Origin: Spirochaetales bacterium
GTDB taxonomy: Bacteria > Spirochaetota > Spirochaetia > SZUA-6 > JAFGRV01
Direction of reading: 5' to 3'
DNA length: 22,156 nt
Assembly: GCA_016937215.1 (NCBI GenBank)
Contig: JAFGWI010000019.1
Span: 1-22,156 of the forward strand
Shown: positions 1 through 7,832 of the stretch, in pieces
How positions within the stretch are numbered: the stretch's first letter is position 1
How the letters are laid out: every line of letters starts with the position of its first letter
Made by a program: the position numbers and the translations under genes
The notes under the pieces: generated by a model
Told to the model about the DNA's origin: nothing
What the model saw: only the letters and a program-made list of their open reading frames with translations
Databases searched by the model: none

Positions 1-126
1 CCATAAAGTTTGGTCACATTTCTCAATTCAACTGTTGCCATATTAACCTCCAAGGGAATAATTATTCATGGATTTTGAAATTAAATACTATCATATAATG
101 ATTATTTGTCAAATATCATTATTATC

Positions 127-1341
127 TTATTCTTTAAAAAAGTTCAACAGATCAGTTGGTTTTTTATCTTCTTTTTCGTCGATTGATAAGGCGGATATTA
201 ACCAAGGTAGTAATTGACTGTTTTTAAATTCGCTCCAATTCGGACTAAAGGGCTCTGGGAATTGAAGAAAATCCTCCTGTGGAATTTTGTCTAAAAGCCG
301 GTGATTGTAATTGGGTAAGACCTTTTCGTTTATTACTTTTAAAACCGAGAAACCATTAAAAAAACCACCTGCCTCGGATAATCTTTTTTGATAGCTGGAT
401 TTTAATATCATTTCCTGAGATTCAATGGATAAATACCACTTTAAAAAATGTTTGGCCCCTTCTTTGTTCTTGGCTTGCAAGGGAATGCCAGCAGCGATGA
501 TATCGTCGCCGATGAATATTTTTTCATTTCTCGATAGCCAGCGAAAATCGAGGTTGTTGAGCTTTTCTTCAGGTATTTTATATAAGATGGATGAGGGATA
601 CAAATAAAGCCCTAGAGTGTTTTCCAGAATTAGTTGGTAAGGCGGGGCATTGAAATATTTGACCGTGTTGTTGTAAAAGTCATTCAACTTTTGTTCGAGC
701 CGTGTTTGCCAGTTGTTGAAGAAACTGATGCTTTTATCCAGGTTTTCATCGTTCCAGGTAATGCTATTTACTTTGTTGTAGGAAAAGTGGGCACCGAATA
801 ATTCTGAAATATAATAGAAGATTTCCTGATTATGAACAGGGGAGTAGCCTATTGATTGATACCTATTGTTTTTCATCTGATTGAGCTTGATGCTGTCATC
901 GATAAGCTTATCGATGGAATAAAACATCTCTGGAATCGTGATTTGATTGTTGCTTTGGCTGAAAAAAACGGTTGGCAGGGTGAAGTTGAGCGGTAAAGCG
1001 CGGAGCTCGTTGTTTATCTGACCTAATTTTTTGAGTCCTTGATAGAATTCCTTGTTTATTTCCCCTGATTCCGGAATTAAATCGTTGATTTTTTCAAATT
1101 TGAGCAAATTCTGATGTTCCAGCACGGTATTGCTGATTATCAGATCTGGCTGGTTTTGCTTGTCCATTTCTGTTATGGGGTTTTTGCTGTAAATTATTTT
1201 TAGAATTCGGCTATTCTGGTTTTTATGGTATAGGTCACTGTAGGCCAATAAACTGGGCCTGTTGGTAACAACGGTTATTTCCTGAGATACCTGACAACCG
1301 GATAGAATCAAGCTAAAGATCAAAATAATGTGCCATTTCAT
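127..1341 (-). CDS. Putative substrate-binding lipoprotein (family-1 ABC solute-binding-protein-like), 404 aa
   Basis: N-terminal signal peptide with lipobox (MKWHIILIFSLILSGC). The C-terminal segment EGAKHFLKWYLSIESQEM resembles the conserved A.FidFLls.EaQ motif of family-1 solute-binding proteins. No ATPase or permease is visible downstream inside the window, so any operon would continue past position 1. Confidence 0.45.
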   Translation of the reverse strand: MKWHIILIFSLILSGCQVSQEITVVTNRPSLLAYSDLYHKNQNSRILKIIYSKNPITEMDKQNQPDLIISNTVLEHQNLLKFEKINDLIPESGEINKEFYQGLKKLGQINNELRALPLNFTLPTVFFSQSNNQITIPEMFYSIDKLIDDSIKLNQMKNNRYQSIGYSPVHNQEIFYYISELFGAHFSYNKVNSITWNDENLDKSISFFNNWQTRLEQKLNDFYNNTVKYFNAPPYQLILENTLGLYLYPSSILYKIPEEKLNNLDFRWLSRNEKIFIGDDIIAAGIPLQAKNKEGAKHFLKWYLSIESQEMILKSSYQKRLSEAGGFFNGFSVLKVINEKVLPNYNHRLLDKIPQEDFLQFPEPFSPNWSEFKNSQLLPWLISALSIDEKEDKKPTDLLNFFKE

Positions 1342-1563
1342 CGAAGCTACTCTACTCGATGGAACTGTGTGCTGTCAAGCTTTCGTTAGTATTGCGGCAG
1401 GGCAAGGTTGTGAAATGGTTTCATGCCCTAATTAAGAGGTCTTGATGGATGTGTTGTCTCCGGGGTTAAAAACAGGGGCGGAACAAGGGGGTTGTGCGAG
1501 GGCTTTGGTTTTTGGCTTGAAAAAAAAGCACCTGGGTTTGAAGTGTTAGGGATAGGAGGCATG

Positions 1564-1735
1564 GCTTGCTATTTTTTCAAAAATGGCAAGCCAAAGCGTT
1601 TTATGCCGGATAATTTCCGGCATAAAACCTTCGGAGCGCCAGCGGAGTGCCGGATAGCCCGACCTGCCATGCCCCTGGGCGGCAGGTAACACCCAAAAAC
1701 AAGAGGAGGGCTGGCTTCTGGTTTCAACTTTTTTT
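1564..1735 (+). ncRNA. Candidate structured RNA/regulatory element, copy A (paralogue of 13279-13397)
   Basis: Hairpin gcttgc-N16-gcaagc (1564-1591) whose loop is the AT palindrome gctattttttcaaaaatggc. Hairpin atgccgg-ataattt-ccggcat (1603-1623). cttcgg (UUCG-type) followed by gagcgccagcggag (1629-1647). Hairpin cctgcc-N12-ggcagg (1663-1686). T7 run at 1729-1735. The first roughly 85 nt align nearly base-for-base with 13279-13365. Overlapping ORFs on both strands (1492..1689, 1546..1800) are judged spurious. Confidence 0.3.
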
Positions 1736-1902
1736 CCTTGCTGGAGAGTTGTAATATGGTTCTGTTTCCTTTTGTTCTGTAGCATGATTTGTCGCATCAT
1801 AATTATGCTGTAATTGATTAGTTTTAAGTTATAATGGGCCTTGATTTTGTTGGGATTCCCAAGGATTTATTTTGTTCATAACAAAGTTAAAGGAGAAAAG
1901 AT

Positions 1903-3246
1903 ATGAAAAAAACATTATTCTGCCTTATGCGGCCGGCGTTTTTATTTTTATTAGTGGTGATGATTTTGTTGTCCGCAATGGGCTGTGATGTGAGAAATGG
2001 GGCGGCTGAGGAAGGGCTTGGTGAAAAGGCTTTATTGGAACCCTTGGCTGTTATTGACCTGGGTGACCAAGGGGCTATCGAGTTTGTTGAGATTTCACCT
2101 GGTGAATTGGTTGTTGGCGCATTGCTGGGTTCTCCTGATGTTCAAATAAAGGGAATTGATGAATCTCCGCTGGCTGTTTACCGATTTTATACAGGCCAAG
2201 AGCCGCCAACTGAATTGCTGGCTGCTTATGAACGCAGCAAGGTTGCTCAGGCTTTGGATTCCGAGGTCACTGGTTCTGATAACCAGGTTATCCGTCAAGC
2301 TAGTTTGGCAGGCCAATCAAAAATGACGGCCAATGAATTTGAATCTGCCTATTTTAACGCGCCCAACATGAGCCAATATGATTATAAGGTGCTTTATAAA
2401 AATTCAACTGCTTTGTTCCGGACTATACAAAATTGTTTTACTCTTGGTATCCGGGTTTATTCCAGCCAGGGAACGGTCCGATTTAACCTGAAAACCAAAA
2501 TTGGAAGCAGCTGGTCAACTGAATATACCCGTGTTGTTCCTCAGGGAAGTACCTATTATGCTTATACTGGAGGAGTTTGGCGTTCCCGAATGGCGGAGGT
2601 TGTTGAGTCGGACAATGACATTTTCCAGGTAATGTATTTTGGAATGAAAAAAATTTTTGTTTGCGCGAGTTTTGGCGGAAGTTCCAGCACTGATATTCAT
2701 CCTGTTGTGGAAGAACAGGTAAAGGCCGAGGGGATTGTGTTCAATAGTAACAACTGGAATAAGAGTTCGGGTGATGGTGTGTGTTCAAGATCCGATGCTG
2801 ATCACGCGGCAGGAGTTATGAAAGACTGGGCTGCTTTGAATTCTCTGCCTCGGGCCAATATGAACCTTCTGGTTGTGGGTAAGAGCGCCGGAGGTGTCCG
2901 GGCCTGGTATGCTTTTAAACGGAATTTCGGGACACTTGATGATTTTAACAAAGTGGCACTGGTTTTTGTCGATCCCCATGGTTCAGCCCTTGGAGATGGT
3001 GAAGTTGGCACTTACAGCGACGATCAGAGCCTGACATGGCCATCATCCTGGTCCACCAACAAGAGCTTTTTCAGGGTCTATAATATTTATCAGCATTCAA
3101 ATGGATTAACAGGAGCCAGTTTTCCAAGTTCCAATGTTTATAAAAACATAAAAATTACCGGCAATAGTGTGAGTCATGATAATATTCCTGGCCGCCAGGA
3201 AACAAAGGATTTGATCAGAGAAGCTGTGAGGTTTTTAAAACCCTGA
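1903..3246 (+). CDS. Putative secreted lipoprotein, serine hydrolase (alpha/beta-hydrolase/lipase-esterase-like), 447 aa
   Basis: Signal peptide MKKTLFCLMRPAFLFLLVVMILLSAMGC with a Cys consistent with a lipobox. Nucleophile-elbow GxSxG motif in LLVVGKSAGGVRAWYAF, with downstream D and H candidates. SD-like aaaggagaaaag lies 5 nt before the ATG. Confidence 0.45.
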   Translation: MKKTLFCLMRPAFLFLLVVMILLSAMGCDVRNGAAEEGLGEKALLEPLAVIDLGDQGAIEFVEISPGELVVGALLGSPDVQIKGIDESPLAVYRFYTGQEPPTELLAAYERSKVAQALDSEVTGSDNQVIRQASLAGQSKMTANEFESAYFNAPNMSQYDYKVLYKNSTALFRTIQNCFTLGIRVYSSQGTVRFNLKTKIGSSWSTEYTRVVPQGSTYYAYTGGVWRSRMAEVVESDNDIFQVMYFGMKKIFVCASFGGSSSTDIHPVVEEQVKAEGIVFNSNNWNKSSGDGVCSRSDADHAAGVMKDWAALNSLPRANMNLLVVGKSAGGVRAWYAFKRNFGTLDDFNKVALVFVDPHGSALGDGEVGTYSDDQSLTWPSSWSTNKSFFRVYNIYQHSNGLTGASFPSSNVYKNIKITGNSVSHDNIPGRQETKDLIREAVRFLKP

Positions 3247-3277
3247 CAGAAATGCTTTGCATTTATTGCTTGGTGGA

Positions 3278-3389
3278 GTGAATTTTCATTGGCATTCACT
3301 TTTTGACGTGAATGCTCATTGGCATTCACTTTTTGACGTGAATGCTCATTGGCATTCACTTTTTGACGTGAATGCTCATTGGCATTCAC
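3278..3389. repeat. Tandem array of four 30-bp units, each carrying the palindrome GTGAATGC-TCATTG-GCATTCAC (REP-like); the first copy has a degenerate left arm (gtgaattt)
   Basis: Read directly from the sequence. Arms gtgaatgc at 3308, 3338 and 3368; arms gcattcac at 3292, 3322, 3352 and 3382; constant loop tcattg; constant inter-unit spacer tttttgac. A further degenerate palindrome aaatgctttgcattt sits at 3250-3264. The array lies between the stop of the hydrolase gene (3246) and its terminator hairpin (3435-3466), i.e. in its 3'UTR. ORFs 3257..3451 (+) and 3174..3506 (-) are translation artefacts of this repeat. Confidence 0.9.
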
Positions 3390-3434
3390 TTTTATCATGC
3401 CGTTATGCTGGAAAATATTGGGCAGAAAAGGCTT

Positions 3435-3480
3435 GGTTGTGCCTGTTATGAAAAATAGGCACAACCTGCTTTCTTTTTCG
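3435..3480 (+). terminator. Rho-independent terminator for the 1903-3246 gene
   Basis: Perfect 10-bp stem ggttgtgcct / aggcacaacc with a 12-nt loop, followed by tgctttctttttcg (T-rich tail). Confidence 0.55.
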
Positions 3481-3570
3481 AATGCATTCAAAAAAATAGC
3501 CCCCATTTAGCTAAACAAATACTTCACAGGCAGCTATAATCTGTAAAAATCATCGTTTTTAGAGCTATTT

Positions 3571-4131
3571 TCAATAATAACGTGTTAATTCCACTTCTTC
3601 CAATGCTGTGTAATGAGCGCCGCGTGGTGTGAGGCGTGATTCAAAAAGCACAAACTTGTCTAGGGAGAATTCAAAGGGCTCGTATATGAATTTATCCAGG
3701 GACCCTGCCGGAACCCTGGCGAATTTGTTTCTGGCCAGGGTAATATGGACCTTGGAGTCCCTCTTTTGTTCGGGCCGATAGCCGAGGCCGCTGATTTCCT
3801 TTAGATAGGTCTTCTGGAAATTGATAATATCACTGCTGCCCTGCCCTAGGGGAGTGTAAATCACCCGGGGCTGTCCCTTTGGCGGGAATTGTTCCAGACC
3901 AAGCAGGACGGTATCTATGGGCGGGCGCTTTAAGGCGCTGCTTGTGTTCATTAACGTTATCAAGTCCTGGACCTGTCCAGGGTTCAGTTCACCGAAAAAA
4001 TGCAGGGTAATGTGAAGCCCCTTGGGTTGGACTGGTTTTAGACCTCGGTAATTACTTTTGAGAAACTCAAAATAGGGTTCAAGGGCTTCAAGGGCCTTGT
4101 CCGGTAATGATAATGCGGCAAATATTCTCAT
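3571..4131 (-). CDS. thpR: RNA 2',3'-cyclic phosphodiesterase / 2'-5' RNA ligase (2H phosphoesterase family)
   Basis: Two HxT/S motifs typical of LigT/ThpR (HITLHFFGE and HITLARN); 186 aa. The stop of the upstream recO overlaps its start by 4 bp (ATGA). Confidence 0.8.
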   Translation of the reverse strand: MRIFAALSLPDKALEALEPYFEFLKSNYRGLKPVQPKGLHITLHFFGELNPGQVQDLITLMNTSSALKRPPIDTVLLGLEQFPPKGQPRVIYTPLGQGSSDIINFQKTYLKEISGLGYRPEQKRDSKVHITLARNKFARVPAGSLDKFIYEPFEFSLDKFVLFESRLTPRGAHYTALEEVELTRYY

Positions 4132-4895
4132 ATAAACTCCTTACTTTGCTTGAGGCTGTTTAACGGGCCTTCCAGTAAGCCCTGGATGCAGCTAAACAGA
4201 AGCATCTTGAGATTGAGTGCTGTGTTTTTTTCCAAACTGATTTCCAGGGCCGAGATAAGGCTTAATGCGGGTGTTGTGTCCAAGTATTTTCGCGCGCCTG
4301 GAGGCAGCGGTAATTGATCGGCCGGGAATCGCGACTGGCATTGGCTGCAAAAAAGGCCGTCCTGGCTGTGATGGTAAAAGAGAGTTTCTTCCGGTGCTAT
4401 TTTACGGCTACAGGAATCACAGTTCGCGAGGTCCAGCGAAAAGCCATTGATTTTTAAAAAACGGTAGAGGTATTGCAATAAAAGATAGATCCTTTTATTC
4501 TCGGTCATATTTTCAAGAATTTCCAGTGACTGGTCTATAAGTTCGTAAAGCTGGCTATGCTCTGTGCCGCCGCCAAAGGACTTGAGTATCATTTCACAGA
4601 AAAGTGAGGCTGTATAGAATTTCTCTATGGATTCATGGCCAGAATGAAATGCCTTGAGCCCCTCACCATCATTGAGTTTGTATTGATTTTTAACCGGGTT
4701 CAGGTATAAATAGGCCTTGTAACGGCCAAAAGCCTCGGTAAAAGGCCGCAGTTTGCTTTTAATTTTCTGAGTACCATGGGCTGTGGCGTAAATAATACCT
4801 TCTTCAGCCGAATAAAGAGTAAGACTGCGGTGGATTTCGCCAAAAGCCTGAGATTTAAGAACAATAACCTGGTGAATCTGGTTTCTTGAGGCCAA
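4128..4895 (-). CDS. recO: DNA repair protein RecO
   Basis: About 255 aa. C-terminal zinc-finger CDSCSRK...x20...CSQCQ (CxxC-N-CxxC) and the overall length and layout are typical of RecO. Translationally coupled to thpR. Confidence 0.8.
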   Translation of the reverse strand: MASRNQIHQVIVLKSQAFGEIHRSLTLYSAEEGIIYATAHGTQKIKSKLRPFTEAFGRYKAYLYLNPVKNQYKLNDGEGLKAFHSGHESIEKFYTASLFCEMILKSFGGGTEHSQLYELIDQSLEILENMTENKRIYLLLQYLYRFLKINGFSLDLANCDSCSRKIAPEETLFYHHSQDGLFCSQCQSRFPADQLPLPPGARKYLDTTPALSLISALEISLEKNTALNLKMLLFSCIQGLLEGPLNSLKQSKEFI

Positions 4896-4901
4896 GTACC
4901 G

Positions 4902-5324
4902 TCACTTCCACTTGGTTTCATCACCAAGAATATTTTCCAAATGGGTCGCGTAATCTTTCAGTCGCTGGCGTGAATCCGAGCCTTCGGCCTGGTACAATAA
5001 TGCCTGGCTGCCACCTGAATTCAAGCTTAATGCCGTATACTGGCCGGTTTCGGTGCGCTGTAACCAGTCCAGGGTTGAGAGAGTCAGGTGATTAATCTGA
5101 TGCTGGTTCTGGGAATAGGTCAAATCCACCACGACCTTGCCCAGATGGGCCCCGAATTCCAGTGTCGGTGTTTCACCGCTTTTGATTTGGAAAAAAAAGG
5201 ATTGAATCCTGTCTTCCCAGGGGGATATCAGGGAAATAAAATCGTTAATCGCTTCAATAGGCATGAAATCCCTTGCCTGGTCCTTGATCTCCTTGGAGAT
5301 GTTTTTCATAGCATCTTTTTTCAT
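4902..5324 (-). CDS. Hypothetical protein, 140 aa, no recognised motif
   Basis: Clean ORF ending 6 nt upstream of the recO start and in the same orientation; probably co-transcribed with recO-thpR. No family recognisable by eye. Confidence 0.4.
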   Translation of the reverse strand: MKKDAMKNISKEIKDQARDFMPIEAINDFISLISPWEDRIQSFFFQIKSGETPTLEFGAHLGKVVVDLTYSQNQHQINHLTLSTLDWLQRTETGQYTALSLNSGGSQALLYQAEGSDSRQRLKDYATHLENILGDETKWK

Positions 5325-5671
5325 GCAAACTCCTTTTTCCCCACTGCTAGTGTTTTTACTTTCTGAAGGTTTCCGTAAAGAATTTTGCTTCTTTGTCGGA
5401 AAGCATCAGTTTCCGGCTGTTTTCCAGATGTCATATTATGTACTTTTTTATTGTTTTTGAATAGACCCTGATTTTATATCCTTGGGTAGGTAAGTTGATG
5501 ATTATGCTCAATGGTGAGTGAGATTTTTCAAAAATCCTGTTTTCCTTAGGTTCAGAGTTTTTTTTCTTTCTTGAATTCTCCTTTTATGATGCTTAGACTT
5601 TGGTCTTAAAATGTAAAATGTTTTTTTTACAGGCATTTTTTATTTTTTTAATAATAATTTCAAAAAAAAAC

Positions 5672-5700
5672 TTGACCTGGAATGTAACTTGTACTATATT
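5672..5700 (+). promoter_or_regulatory. Sigma70-type promoter for the GntR-SPFH operon
   Basis: TTGACC (5672-5677), 17-bp spacer, TATATT (5695-5700). Confidence 0.45.
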
Positions 5701-5733
5701 TATATTGTATTAAGACATTAGTACAATAGTACA
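5690..5733 (+). promoter_or_regulatory. Candidate autoregulatory operator: TGTACTA (5690-5696, overlapping the -10) ... TAGTACA (5719-5725) A TAGTACA (5727-5733)
   Basis: Inverted and direct heptamer repeats with a GTAC core lie between the -10 and the GntR start. YtrA-subfamily GntR repressors bind short inverted repeats overlapping their own promoters (established knowledge). The assignment here is inference. Confidence 0.35.
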
Positions 5734-5749
5734 TTCATACATTGCAATA

Positions 5750-6217
5750 ATGTCTATAAACCTGGATAAGGGCTTTGTAAAAAAGCCCCGGGAACATGGA
5801 GGAATCAGGTTTATGCAGGATAAGATTCATGAAGAACTTGAATTTACTCTGGACCCCAAGAGCGGGGTTCCGTTTTATAAACAGATTATTCTACAGATAG
5901 AGATGGCCATAGCTGACAAGAGGCTGAATCAGGGTGACCAGCTGCCTACTGTTCGAGGGCTGGCAGTAGATTTGCAGGTGAATCCCAATACCGTGGCCCG
6001 GGCTTACAGTGAACTGGAAATCCGGGGGATTGTGAACACGCAACAAGGCACAGGAACCTTTATCAGCGACAAGAAGATCAAGCTCACCGAGGTAGAACGG
6101 GAAAGGATTCTGGCCGAGTTGGTGAGGGGATTTGTTTCCAAAGCGTCGTCCTATGGCTTTTCCCTGGCAGAGATCAGGACCTATCTGGAAGATCTGGAAA
6201 AAGATAAAGAGGAATAG
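5750..6217 (+). CDS. GntR-family transcriptional regulator, short YtrA-like subtype
   Basis: Winged-HTH signature LPTVRGLAVDLQVNPNTVARAYSELEIRGIVNTQQGTGTFI with only a short C-terminal extension. The ATG at 5750 has no SD. An internal ATG at 5813 (MQDKIHEEL...) is preceded by GGAGG at 5798-5802 and is the more likely true start, giving about 134 aa. Confidence 0.75.
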   Translation: MSINLDKGFVKKPREHGGIRFMQDKIHEELEFTLDPKSGVPFYKQIILQIEMAIADKRLNQGDQLPTVRGLAVDLQVNPNTVARAYSELEIRGIVNTQQGTGTFISDKKIKLTEVERERILAELVRGFVSKASSYGFSLAEIRTYLEDLEKDKEE

Positions 6218-6228
6218 GAGGAATTTTA

Positions 6229-7359
6229 ATGCTGGAGAAATTGACTTTTAAGGAACATAACCGAATTAAAAATTTGCCGAAATTGCATTTGCCCAAGGAT
6301 TTCGGTTATAATGCTTTTTCGTTTCTGGTGCTGGGCCTGTTTTTGGCTGCCGGAATCGTGATTCAAAACCTGGCCGTTGGTGAATTGGAATCGGAGGTGA
6401 TTCTGGCTGTCGTTCTGGGCACTTTTATGTGCGGCGGAATTTTGTACCTTGTTCCCATGTGGATCGCGGTGATTCAGTTTTCCATATTGGCCTGGGTTGG
6501 CCTTTATGTGGGAGTCGGCGGGAATATTTATCCCTTGTTCGGATTTCTGGTAGCTGCCTTTTTGTTTTCATCCTGCTTTCAACTGGTTCAGCATTGGGAC
6601 AAGGTAGTGATTCTGCGTTTCGGCAAATTCAGAAAAGCCAGAGGGCCAGGCTTGTTTTTGCTTTTTCCGATTATCGACCGTGTGGCTGCTTTTGTGGATA
6701 CCCGGATTCGAGCCACTGATTTCAGCGCTGAAAAAACTCTCACAGCAGATACGGTTCCTGTTCATGTGGACGCGCTGGCTTTCTGGATGGTTTGGGATGT
6801 GAAAGGGGCTGTGCTTGAGGTGGAGGATTTTGTGGAAGCTGTGGTTCTTTCTGCCCAGACTGCTTTGCGAGACGGCATTGGCAAGCATGAATTGGCCGAT
6901 CTATTGTCTGACCGGGACCAGCTGGGCAAGGAGATTCAGAAAATTCTTGATGCTAAAACAAGCCCCTGGGGCATTACGATTCTATCGATTGAAATTACTG
7001 ATATTATTATTCCCAAGGAACTGGAAGATGCCATGAGCCGACGTGCCCAGGCAGAGAGGGAGCGACAATCCCGGGTAATTCTGGGAACTGCGGAACTGGA
7101 AGTAGCTGATAAATTTCAACAGGCCGCGGAGAAATATAAAGATAATCCTACCGCCCTGCATTTACGCGCCATGAACATGATTTACGAGGGTATACGTAAA
7201 AAAGGCACTATCATGCTTCTGCCATCGAGTGCCCTGGATTCCATGTCTCTTGGCGCCAATCTGGGGGCATTGAATCTGGCCAAGGATTTTCAGCAGGGAA
7301 AGTTGGATGACTCATTTTTGCCTGATGAAGAAAAGGGAAATGGCGAAGCTGAGGATTAG
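6229..7359 (+). CDS. SPFH/band-7 (stomatin/prohibitin-like) membrane protein, 376 aa
   Basis: N-terminal hydrophobic helices. SPFH core VILRFGKF..GPGLFLLFPIIDRV...TADTVPVHVDALAFW...ITILSIEITDIIIPKELEDAMSRRAQAERERQSRVILGTAELE, then a coiled-coil and acidic tail. GGAGGA SD 7 nt before the ATG. The gene starts 11 bp after the GntR stop, so the two form an operon. Internal overlapping ORFs are spurious. Confidence 0.8.
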   Translation: MLEKLTFKEHNRIKNLPKLHLPKDFGYNAFSFLVLGLFLAAGIVIQNLAVGELESEVILAVVLGTFMCGGILYLVPMWIAVIQFSILAWVGLYVGVGGNIYPLFGFLVAAFLFSSCFQLVQHWDKVVILRFGKFRKARGPGLFLLFPIIDRVAAFVDTRIRATDFSAEKTLTADTVPVHVDALAFWMVWDVKGAVLEVEDFVEAVVLSAQTALRDGIGKHELADLLSDRDQLGKEIQKILDAKTSPWGITILSIEITDIIIPKELEDAMSRRAQAERERQSRVILGTAELEVADKFQQAAEKYKDNPTALHLRAMNMIYEGIRKKGTIMLLPSSALDSMSLGANLGALNLAKDFQQGKLDDSFLPDEEKGNGEAED

Positions 7360-7501
7360 GCAATCAACTGGAGGCAAAATGTGATCCATGGCATTGAGTT
7401 GTTTGGGAATTTTTTGGGCGTTGCCTGATAAGCCCGGGACAACAATTCTATATTTGAGTACAAATATTACGAATTGCGAGTTATTTTACTTCGGTGCTGT
7501 G

Positions 7502-7590
7502 GCCATTCCAAATATAAACTATTATTAAGGCAGTTAAAAATCATCAGCTGTAATTAAATTGCATACAAAAAGGTTTATATTTGGAATGGC
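7502..7590. repeat. Perfect 18-bp inverted repeat gccattccaaatataaac / gtttatatttggaatggc separated by 53 AT-rich nt
   Basis: Read directly: 7502-7519 is the exact reverse complement of 7573-7590. Could be a stem-loop RNA or a MITE-like element. Confidence 0.85.
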
Positions 7591-7614
7591 TTAGCCGGGG
7601 GCTTTCAGGCTGCA

Positions 7615-7705
7615 GAAACTGTTGCATAACTATAATTAAGAGTATTTCAACTCGCCTACTGGGTCCATAATTGGTTTAGACGAGTTATTCATAGGCAACA
7701 GTTTC
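7615..7705. repeat. Second long-range inverted repeat gaaactgttgc(ataact) / (agttat)tcatag-gcaacagtttc enclosing about 70 nt
   Basis: 11-bp perfect arms at 7615-7625 and 7695-7705. A 6-bp extension (ataact/agttat) is interrupted by a 6-nt bulge. Confidence 0.6.
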
Positions 7706-7832
7706 GTATTTTAAGGTTGTGCAACAACCTCTGCATGGCCGAGCAACAAATCGAAGATTTGTGACAAGGCCCGCCACTTCGGCTTCGCCTTCGAAGGTTA
7801 AGGTGCGGAAGTTATCCGCCCCTTAACGCTTT

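Noticed and set aside
425-607. Short antisense or alternate-frame ORFs inside confident genes (e.g. 425..607, 2095..2316, 2515..3011, 4265..4450, 6429..7036, 8282..8596, 10074..10483, 10793..11044, 11436..11702, 12118..12360, 12498..13040, 13630..15230 plus-strand set, 15487..15765, 16545..17476 set, 18181..18432, 19287..19645)
   Set aside because: Each is fully embedded in a longer ORF that carries recognisable motifs or a strong SD and start. None has an SD of its own.
1492-1800. ORFs 1492..1689 (+), 1546..1800 (-) and 13235..13453 (+) overlapping the conserved elements A and B, with superficially similar peptides
   Set aside because: The peptide similarity is a by-product of nucleotide conservation. 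The two copies differ by indels that break the frame and by compensatory stem changes, which are not expected under protein-coding constraint. There is no SD, and the elements are crowded with hairpins.
3278-3389. Possible CRISPR array (regular about 30-bp periodicity of a palindromic repeat)
   Set aside because: The units between palindromes are only 8 bp and identical (tttttgac), and the palindromic part is 22 bp. There are no unique spacers, and no cas genes are present in the window.
3174-3506. ORFs 3257..3451 (+) and 3174..3506 (-) with peptide repeats (HWHSLFDVNA / VNANEHSRQK)
   Set aside because: Periodic translation of the 30-bp tandem DNA repeat with no start context. Both lie between a stop codon and a terminator.
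4902-5324. Assigning the 140-aa gene upstream of recO as era or another known recO neighbour
   Set aside because: No GTPase motifs (G1-G4) or any other recognisable signature; left as hypothetical.
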